From assembly GCF_026210795.1 (NCBI RefSeq), contig NC_089435.1, forward strand, positions 3,844,001 through 3,908,000: a stretch of 64,000 nt of DNA. Direction: 5' to 3'. Positions 54,236 to 64,000 of the stretch are shown here, piece by piece. The DNA comes from Rhizophagus irregularis. Its lineage: Eukaryota. The notes beneath the pieces were generated by a model. The model did no database searches. It was not told the origin of the DNA and was given only the letters and a program-made list of their open reading frames with translations. A program made the translations under genes and the position numbers. Position 1 is the first letter of the stretch. Each line of letters opens with the position of its first letter.

Positions 54236-57200
54236 ATGGTTCGCAAATCAAAAAAAACTTTTGTAATGACACAGATGACACAGACAAACCTTCGAAAAAA
54301 CAGCGTAAACCGATTTTAGGTACTTTTAAATCACGTTCAAGACAATTTGTGGCATGCAACTGTAATAAATGTAAAGGTCGTAAAGTTGATCCACGTACAA
54401 GAGAGTCGCATATGAGAGAAAGAGAACTACCAATAAGAAGTGAATCTTCTAATATGGCAACGGAAGGGGGAATAAGCCAAATAAATGCTCCATATGATCC
54501 TATAGAACTAGACGAAATAAATATTAATGATGTTGATAGTGATACCGATTTTAATAATAAACAAGTGTTTAGCTTTCTTGTTAAAAATCCAAGAAACCCT
54601 AAACAAAAACAAGCAAGTAGTCATGTTAGTTTTCCATTAGTTGTAACTGAACAGCTCTTGTATAATAGTGAAGAAGAACAAGCCACCAACGAAGATGAAG
54701 ATGTATATTTTAATGAAGATGAAGATGATGATGATGACTTGTTGGGGCAACATGTTAATTTTGATACTCCAGAATATGATGGTGGAATTGAAGGTGCTGA
54801 ATTACCCATTCCAGATATTAATGCAGGATTTACATGGATTGTATATTGGATTTTTAAGTATCAAGAAAGATACCGTCTACCTGATACAGCTATTGATTCC
54901 CTTTTAAAATTTGTTAGATATATACTGGTCTTGGTTGATGAAAATACCTATTCAAAGTTTCCGAAAACTTTGTATATGGCACGTAAATTATTCGGCATTG
55001 GCAATCAATTAATTAAATTTGCAACTCGTAAAAAATGTTGCAAATTATATGCAGTAAAAGATTTGCCGACCGATCAACCTTATCATTGCACATTTCAAGA
55101 TTACCCAAACCACCCAATAAGTAATTTAAGATCTTATTGTAATAATATTATTACAAAGCAAATTCCCACAATCAAGGAATGATGTTTAAACCATCACTTA
55201 TTTTTCCCATTATTAGTATTAAACGAAGATTGCAACAATTATACAATACAAAAGGATTTGAGGAGTCGTGCAGGAAGTGGACCAATCGACCTAACAATGA
55301 AAAAGAATTGGCAGATATCTTTGATGGAAGAATTTGGAAAACTTTTGAAGATCCAAATAATAGCCAATTATTTTTTTGACATGAGGTAGCAGACAGTCAT
55401 TTGGGAATCATGATGAACCTTGATTGGTTCCAACCCTTTGACAATTCTCAATATAGTGTTGGAGTAATATATGGGGTCATATGCAACCTTCCGCGGAGTG
55501 AAAGGTTTAAGGTTTCTAATATAATTACTTTGGCAGTAATTCCTGAACCTAATGAGCCAAAATTGCATTAATTGAATCATTATTTGGCTCCAGTAATTGA
55601 CCAATTTATTGAGTTATAAGAAGGAATTAATCTGTCTAGTACGTATGAAAATCCAGCTGGCAAACATATACGAGCTGCAATTATATGCTGTGCATGTGAT
55701 ATACCAGCTGCAAGAAAACTTTGTGGCCATATATCTGCACGTGTAGCTTGCTACAGATGTCAAAAATTGGCTGATTTTACCATTGTAAACCAGCCAAATT
55801 TCGGAGGTTTTAACAATATGGAACAATGGTTTGTGTCAAGAAATGTTGAAAAAATGAGAAATAGTACAGTTTTATGGAAAAAATGTAAAACTGAAGATGC
55901 ACGAAAGAAACATGTGTCTGAGACATTAGTGCGATGGTCAGAGATGTACCGGCTTCCATATTTTGACCCTGTTCAATTCCTTATTGTTGATCCTATGCAT
56001 TGCTTATTTTTGGGCATTGCTAAATGGATCGTCACCCGATTATGGATTGAGGAGAGACGACTAACATCAGAAAACTTGACTACCATGCAGGAACGAGCCA
56101 ATAGGATGAAGTTACTATCAGATATTGGTAGAATCCCAAGTAAAATAATGATGGGTGAAGGTTTCTCAGGGTTTACAGCTGACCAATGGAAAAATTTTAT
56201 CCTTATATATGCTACTTCTATTACTTGGGATCTACTTAAAAATGATGATAGAAAAATATTAAGTTACTTTGTACGAGCATGCAATATTCTTACATGTCGC
56301 ATTATTTCAAAATCTGGGTTAGAAGAGGCGCATAAATGTCTTTTATCTATGGTAAAATTAGTTGAAAATAGTTATGGACCAGGAAAGATAACGCCAAACA
56401 TGCATTTATGTTTACATATATGTGAATGTGCATTGGACTATGGTCCACTTTATGCATTTTGGTGCTATAGTTTTGAAAGAATGAATGGATTGCTAGGTAA
56501 TTACTTTGATATACTTATAATAAATATTCTGATATTTAACCAGATTTTTTTTACAGGCTCATTACAAAGCAGTAATCAAAACATATAGCCAGCCAATGAA
56601 AACCAACATCTTTCAGAATGTTTGCCTTACATCACTCATAAAGAAAAGGTCGGTAGTCTTGCTCATGATGATTTTGACTTGTTGGAATATTTTGAATTTT
56701 TATCAATGTCAAAGAATGTTAAAGAGAAAGCAGGAATAGGGTCAGAACCTTTTCCAGGAGCATTGCTCAAGCCGAAAAAAGAAGCAAATCTTCCACAAGA
56801 TATATTAAAATTACTGATAGAGTATTACAATAGTGCATATGATAATTACTTTTTCATAAGCTTATCAGATATTCATAACACATTACCAGAAGCAATAGGA
56901 GTTTTACCAAAAGTCACTAAGTTCGGTAGATTAAGAATCGGAGTAGAGGTGATTGGCTCAACATTTTCAGCAAGACATATAAGATCGGTGAATGTACTAT
57001 CTCAATTTATTTTAGATGATAATCATACAACCGATATCTATCCTGGTCAGGTTCAGTTTTTTTTCGAGCATACAATTCACCTACCGGAAGGTTCTAAAAC
57101 TCACTGTTTAGCTTTTGTAAGATGGTACAAGAAAACAGAAAATCGTAAATATCGATTTCATTGTCAAATTGACAATGATGATTTGAATATTTGTAATATT

Positions 57201-57359
57201 GAACTGTGGGAGAATGAGTTTTATGAATTAAGTCAAGATTGTATCATACCTATACACAATATTTTAGGACGATTTGTTGTGGGAAAAATGACAATTGGTA
57301 AAAAAAATCCTAAAAGTTATTTGTCAGTTATCCCTATAAACAGAAAAATACATATATAA
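54236..57359 (+). pseudogene. CACTA/EnSpm (tnp2-family) transposase pseudogene
   Basis: ADIFDGRIWK, NLDWFQPF, ICNLPRSERF, CDIPAARKLCG, DPMHCLFLGIAK, TPNMHLCLH, DYGPLYAFWCYSFERMNG, PGQVQFFFEH..AFVRWY. Frameshift at ~55180 and stops at ~55377, 55569 and 55617. Confidence 0.85.
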
Positions 57360-57689
57360 TAGAATAATAAACTGCTTTATTATTATTATCCAATGTTTGT
57401 AAATATTATATACGATGTATAATGGCTTTGTTAATAAGTTAATAATAAAATTTATTGGAATACTGAGATTGCTGATACTTCTAATATTAGGAAACGGTAA
57501 ACTGTTGTTAAGAATTTTATTTATTATAAAAAGTTTATTCAGTGAATACAATGATAATGATTGTATAATAATAAAGTTTTTATTGTAATAGTAAAGTCTT
57601 AGTTTTATATTATAATAAAGCATTTCTTTGTATCGACATATCTGATATTATAAAAATTATTCCATGTAGAAAGACAAGACACATCTATA

Positions 57690-58530
57690 GCTAGAAAGCC
57701 ACAATAGCGAAGATGCCAACGAATCTTCATTAGTACGTCTATCATAAAGATGGAAAACAAAATTTTTAACCACAGTACTATTCGAAAGCGAAAACCAAGA
57801 GAAAATGAAACTTCTGAACATTGTCAGGAATGCATTGTAAGCAATGTGAGAAAAATCGTTGAAAAAAACGGCAGAAACTGAGACGTGTGTCACGCATGTG
57901 AATGTGAACGAAAATGTCTAAAGTTAGCATCAGAAATCAACCAACAATGTGAAAGGCGTTTAGAAAACAATCGTTATATTCGAACCATTAAACGGCAGCA
58001 GTTTCAAGCGCTGGAGTCGCAACAAGATCAAATCAATGTGGCATCTCCGCTTCTGTTCTCTCTTTTTGTCTTGTGATACAAAGAATGTTTTTCATCTATT
58101 GTACTTATACAAGGAAATGTTAACGCTGCCGCAAAGAAAAGAAACAAAATAAGTTTTCATGAGAAAACGATATGGATCCAGGTGATGTGCCGTAATAAAC
58201 TACACCAAAAATGTGCAAGAATTCGCCATTCACTTTCCTCGAAATCTATTGTCATTAGAAGTACCTATTGTATGTCGCCCATCGGCAAATAACCTGGCAG
58301 GACTTAGAGATTTTAAAAGTTCATCGTGCTAAGGTCGCTCATGCATTGTGTTGGTTGAAAGAAAATAATCGTTATTACAAAGATATGATAATTATAATCG
58401 ATAATGAATTTCTTCAATCCTTATCTGTCGATGGTTCCATTGATGACCAAAATACTCAAATAGTTGCTGAAGATTTGGATCATGATGAGGAGGATATGTG
58501 ATCACATGCACCTTCATTCCGGTTACCTAA
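57690..58530 (+). pseudogene. Helitron-associated ORF relic (DUF6570-like region)
   Basis: Fragments ENDMDPGDVP and KVHRAKVAHALCWLKENNRYYKD match the motif found N-terminal to Helitron Rep-helicases; heavily frameshifted. Confidence 0.6.
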
Positions 58531-59439
58531 AAAAAAGAGAAATTGAAGAAATCCCATGCGTCCAGAAGTCCATCTAAAAAAGATAAATGGAAACGTTAAT
58601 AAACGTTTCGTTGAAAAGAAAGTTTATAAATACTTCCACTCTTATCTGAAGAAATCGTCTAAAAAAGATAAAAACGTTTCATCAAAGAAATATTCAAAAA
58701 AACTCCATACTAAATTTCTCAAAAGGAATAAAATTTGAAGCATTAGAAAACATTTCATTAAGATAAATAATTAAGAAATAAAAAATTATTCGTTAAATAA
58801 AACAAGTAAAGAAAAAAAATGACTAACCAAATGTCACATCCAGGAAGGCTGAAAGAATGTCCAAGTCTAACGGCGTCTCTATAAAAATAGAAAAAGAAAT
58901 GTTTTTATAATCTCTTAATTAAAAAAAATTTCCTAAATTCCCATTTTACCTTGGGAGTCGGTGTTTCTACAAAAGTTGCAAAAGAAAAAAAAATTTTTTT
59001 CCTCCCCTACGATCCATCGATCCGTACTAATTATAAAATATCAGATGATTATCATATGACATATCGAAAGACTGATATGCATCTCCGATATTTTAACAAT
59101 ATGTTTTCGAAAAATAAGTTTATTAATAATAAAATATCAGCGTAATATTATTATACTCTAATATTTAATAATATTTTTTCAAAAAACAGTTTTATTATTA
59201 GTAAAAAATCATTGCCATATCAAATATTGATATATATATGATTTTTAATATTACCTATCACATCTATATCGGGTTTATGATATCTGACCGATATGTTATG
59301 ATAGCATATGACCTGATATACCATCATTTGACCTGTGTTTATTACAATGATAAATTATTAATAAAGCACCTCAAAAATAAATTACAGCAACCCGTATACA
59401 TGAAATTTCTATCTAATAAGCATGATTATTTTTTTTCAA

Positions 59440-60515
59440 AATACTCTTGAACTTGTTGTTTCTTCATTACTAACTCCTTCTCAACATCTACCTATTCTTC
59501 AATAACCCTCTATTACTCGCTTTACATTTTTACACAATTCTTTTTTGTCCTCCAAATTCTCTATTAAAGCAGACTCGGTAAATCGGATATTAAGAGGATT
59601 TTTACTTGTACAATATATTCCATCTGAAGCATAAAGGATGAAATACCAATCCATAGCTGTTGTAACGATTCCATAGATATAATCGAAGTCATCTCTGAAT
59701 GCATCACCCAACTTATGCCTTCTCTTATTTTTATTTACTTGCAACACACTTTCGCCAATGACCACTTGATATAATTTCCCTTCTGTGATGCAAATAAGTT
59801 CCTCAAGAGCCTTGATTGCATAATCGACTCAACCAGTATTTTCTTCACCAACAATTTCTAACTGGGGAGCCAAAGTAATCTCCTTTTTTATTATTCTCTT
59901 GACAATATATAGCGAAGTGTGAAGAATAACGAAATATATTCACACTGCATGGCTTCATTGCTATCGGCAAGAATAGTCCCCATATTTCCCAACCTGCGTT
60001 TTATTTCCCTTATACATTGTTTTAATTCTTCATCATTGTCTTCAAGTGTATATGTTTCTAGAAAGTGGAACATTAAAATTAGCCCATCAACTCATGTAAT
60101 AGTTTGTAAATAATAAACTGAGAAAATAGGACTCACTTGGTGGAAATTGATGGATTGCACCTATCCCATTACCATCAATCCCATACTTTGCTAATACCTC
60201 TTTTAAGTCTTTCTGAGTCTTATACGAGGTAAACGAGCGCTTCTTTCTCTCCTTACACTCCTTAATGAAGTCTGCAAGCCTCGATGCAGGTCCCAGTTTC
60301 ATTCCATGTCACTCAAGTTTTTCTTCGGTTAACTTGAGAAAGTCACGCCCATTAACTTTTTCTTCACGAATAACTTTCAAGTTATCGTCATCAAGCTCTA
60401 AGTCCTCCTCTCTCTGTAAAAATTTGATAAGAGCATCTGTTTTATATTTTTTGATTTCGTCTGCTAATGTGAGTGACACATTTCCAGTTGTGAAAGTCGA
60501 AACAGCTTCTGACAT
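59440..60515 (-). pseudogene. SAM domain + PD-(D/E)xK nuclease-like (Crinkler-type effector family) pseudogene
   Basis: IREEKVNGRDFLKLTEEKLE*HGMKLGPASRL (SAM pattern), SNEAMQCEYIS, LEIVGEENTG*VDYAIK..ICITEGK and YGIVTTAMDWYF. Stops at 60309-60311 and 59829-59831, plus frameshifts. Confidence 0.7.
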
Positions 60516-61044
60516 AATGAGTTTATGGATCGATTATCCTAGGATGATTACTCAGATTACCTGTTATCCTAATTTGACAGGATATCCAGATCTTTAAATT
60601 TCCCAATGGTTATCCTAAATTATTCATAGGATAATCCGGTGAAAAGCTCTACTTTTATTAATGAAACATCATATTTTTTACACTTGCTCATTTTATAAAT
60701 GTGGTTTTTTAGGGATAGTAGTATTAAAAAATGAGAGATTGAGATGCTAAGCAAATTTTCATATTGCAATTATCACCTGAAATTTTTATGTTTCACAGGC
60801 AGATCACAAATTAATATTTTATTAACATTATGTTCATACTAATATTTTCTATTACTAACCATTTTTTATTTCTTTTACTAACATTTTTACTACCATTTAT
60901 ACCAATATTATCCTTTACTAATACTTTATACACACTACTAATATTTCTATTTCTTTTTTTTAAATATCAATAATTGATCATTATAACAGACTAACATATA
61001 AAAGGAGATTTATTTGTGTTTTATGTACATAATAAATTTAACTT

Positions 61045-61218
61045 ATAGCTGATTGCAAAATTGTATAATTTTTTAATTTGAAAATTTAATATTTTGAATT
61101 TAAAAACCTGTTTATTCAACTTCTTAAATAAAAATAGAAATATATCATATGATTCAATATAATAAATTACTTTAAAATCTTTATTAATTTTAAGGAGTTA
61201 AAGTTATTACCAAAATAG
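61045..61218 (+). repeat. Partial second copy of the 44339-44617 MITE
   Basis: Near-identical tagctgattgcaaaattgta ... aaataaaaatagaaatatatcatatgattcaatataataaattactttaaaatctttattaattttaaggagttaaagttattaccaaaatagg. Confidence 0.85.
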
Positions 61219-61482
61219 GAGCATGGCTAAAGCGTAAGCTATGTGGCTCAAAAAATTTTCCAGATTCCCCAATGTAGCACGTGCGGTAAAATATTTACGC
61301 GTGGTGCCCAGCTGGCATAATGTTGAGCCATGGAGATCCTTTGTAGGTGTAGCGAGTGCTTGCACAAGCCACACAGCTGTGAAGGACCGGCCTGCCACGC
61401 CACAGTGACACTGTTGTGACAGCTGGGCCACTGTGGGTAAATATTTTCCCACTATGTGCTGTCAGCCGCTTTAGCTGTGCCC
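61219..61482. mobile_element. GC-rich ~264-bp MITE inserted in the MITE copy
   Basis: Ends gagcatggctaaagcg and cgctttagctgtgccc; flanked by direct repeat (C)CAAAATAG(G). The paralogous empty site is visible at 44510-44520. Confidence 0.8.
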
Positions 61483-62169
61483 CAAAATAGGTACAAATCT
61501 AAATTAAAATTATAAAAATTTATAAATTTGACCTAAATTAAAATTATAAATTTATAAAATGATATATCAGGTATATTTAGGATTTTGCTATATATAACCG
61601 ATATTTTACTACCCGATATGTATCTGATATATATAATATATGTGTCTGAATTTCTACATTTATACTATACATATCAGGTACCCAATAAGTGTTTACAATA
61701 TATATCACTGATTTTCTATATTTCTATTACACTCATCAGGTATTAATTTTGACTAGTTTCAATAAAATTTAATAAAGATAAAGGCTACTATGCTACGTTT
61801 GCCTTAATTTTGACTAGTGACCAGTGTATTTCTCTCCACTGATCTTCAGTCCAAAAATTTTTAAGAAGAAAATTTTATTTTCGTACTAACCATATTACTA
61901 ATATTCTCTATACTCATATCCTCTACTATAGTTTTACTATATATAGTAAGCATATTTGTCAGAAATCTTAGCGATTTTACAATCTAAAAAAAGTGATTTT
62001 TCGTGATCTTTACTTTTTTCTCAGATTTTTACATAATAAAGGTATCAAAATAGTCTTTTATAAAATTTATTATTATAAAATTTGTATCTAATTATATATT
62101 TTACAATATATTACAGTAAAATGTTGAGTGAAGATTTAAAATGGCGTATTATCTATTGTTATGAAGAAG

Positions 62170-63302
62170 GTTATAATAAATAATATAATATGGTAATTAT
62201 TTTGATAAATACTTACAATATCTTGAGCCCACATCGAAAATGATATATTTGATAAAAATAAATGACGACCATCTTTTACAAAACAATGTTTGTGATTATA
62301 ATGGTTACAAACATATTTATCTTTTAATTGCATCATAATTTCACCGATTATTTTCTCCTTTTCATCAAGTTTACTTTCTTTCAGAACTCTATTCATTGCT
62401 GTACCTTTTTTTTTAGTTTTAACTGATTTAGATTTTGGTGCTTCTTCTTCTGTTTCTTCGCTTGTCACTTCTAATTCCAAATTATCATCCTATTTATTAT
62501 AACATAATAAGTATTATAAATTAATACAACACATAATCAACTAAGAATTCAGATTGAACCCAAAATTTACTTTATATTCTCGTTTTTTCTTATCTTTTTT
62601 CTTATCCTTCATAGTTACAATTATCATCACTTTTTTATTATTAGAGATGTAACGTTTATAATCTTTTAGAAATTCTTCAAAAGTAATTTCATTATCTAAA
62701 AGTGTTCCTGCTCCAACTTCTGAACTACCCTTATATGCCAAAAAATATTCATTACTAAAGGTTAATCCTATATGTTCAGAGACAAGTTGTTCAATTTTTG
62801 TTGAAAGATCATTATATTTTATATCATCAAAAGACCAGTTGACTAAAATAGATGGTAAAATCTCTTTTCCATTTTTAATTGATATACGAAGCTGTAATTC
62901 TGTTACTTGATTCACTTCAGATTTTATGATATCTTTTTCTTTTTTTATTTCCTTTCCAAATTTGTTATTTTCTCAGCTTATTTTACTATTACAAGCTGTA
63001 CAAAGTGAACAATAAAAGGAAGTTGCCAGGTTGACTTCATAACCAAACTTAAGATTACTTTTCTTCATAAATTCTTTTAAAAATGGTTGAGCGTTACTTG
63101 TGTCATAGCACAAACCTCTATAGCCACGTACTTTGGCTGTTCGGTTATTTTTAGTTGGTTTTTCATACTTATTACAATGACAATTTTCAAATGTAAGGTC
63201 TTTTTCACAGTATAAACACTTTTGACAGGTAAAACACGTCCCTATTTGATATTTTCTTGTATATACTTGTATTTCATATACTTCATTTTCATTAAGTGAC
63301 AT
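62170..63302 (-). pseudogene. Cys-rich hypothetical protein (probably transposon-borne), interrupted by a TGA
   Basis: MSLNENEV...CFTCQKCLYC...CHC...CSLCTACNSKIS* (stop at 62973-62975). The frame continues towards ORF 62915-62541, and ORF 62480-62136 follows after an intron. It abuts a truncated plus-strand IS630/Tc1-like start MLSEDLKWRIIYCYEEGY at 62121. Confidence 0.55.
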
Positions 63303-63505
63303 TTTAACGTGTCAGCAATATAAAAAATGTGTAGTATTAGACGCAGTAATGAGCGTGAATTTCTATATACAGTATAAACTACAAAATCAGAGAAAAATTG
63401 AAAAAACATGATTGGTTAAAAAAATAATATTACACAAAGATCGAAATTTTTTTTGGTGAAACTATATTGATCAGCTGATCACATTTTATTGAAAACGGCG
63501 ATAAT

Positions 63506-63739
63506 AGGACCCAGAAATATGTATATAGGGGTCAGGTGATGAAAAAATTTTTTACTATGAGCTGTACGCATTTTTTCAGGGCCGGAATTATGATAATGTC
63601 AGTCGGTTACTATAATAGGAAATAAAATTCAGACTGGAATTATCAAAAATTATCTAAAAAAGGAAAGATTTTCATGATTTTTTTTAGTTCAAAATAAGCA
63701 AACTCAAACCTGACCTTTTTATATATATTTCTGGGTCCT
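63506..63739. mobile_element. MITE with ~32-bp TIR and 8-bp TSD
   Basis: Left end aggacccagaaatatgtatataggggtcaggt; reverse complement of right end aggacccagaaatatatataaaaaggtcaggt; GCGATAAT at 63498-63505 and 63740-63747. Confidence 0.85.
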
Positions 63740-63779
63740 GCGATAATTTGGCAACTATAATTTATTTAGAATAAATTTA

Positions 63780-64000
63780 TTCAACATATTGAAAATTTAC
63801 AATGTTACCTAAAAAGATCATATGAGCAAAAATTTAAAATATCAGAAAATGGTACAACCAAACATGACTCTTGCATTAATCATTGCTTACTTTATACTTT
63901 TGGAACTTGTGATGAATTACACACTAAAGTATGTAATGAATGTCAAGAGTTATTTACTTTTTTTATCAATCTCAAAGAAATTATTGATTCAACTACTCAT
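63780..64000 (+). pseudogene. Cys/His-rich transposase-like fragment running off the window
   Basis: HDSCINHCLLYTFGTCDELHTKVCNECQELF; superfamily uncertain (possibly Sola-like). Confidence 0.35.

Overview
Very AT-rich eukaryotic DNA with short GT-AG introns. Gene content and repeats resemble an arbuscular mycorrhizal fungus (Glomeromycotina, Rhizophagus-like); that assignment is inference. The left part (1 to ~28.7 kb) is gene-rich: 3' end of PEX6, a 13-exon Argonaute with an intact DEDH tetrad, MCM2, a membrane-anchored DUF4097/adhesin-like protein, an intron-containing but bacterial-type GHKL(HATPase_c)-STAS fusion, a Pho80/Pcl cyclin, an alpha/beta hydrolase and a secreted AA11-like LPMO with a C-terminal chitin-binding module. 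The right part (~29-64 kb) is a transposon graveyard. It holds an apparently intact MULE, a Zator-like element nested in a MITE inside a foldback repeat, CACTA, Tc1, LINE and Helitron relics, an ORF1-only retroelement with a 16-bp TSD, several MITEs and a SAM-nuclease pseudogene. Many of these are broken by TGA codons where CGA (Arg) is expected. The best candidates for new biology are the spliced one-protein kinase/STAS partner-switching-like module (18272-19677) and the Argonaute with His in place of the canonical 5'-phosphate-binding Tyr. All calls were made by eye; no database search was run.
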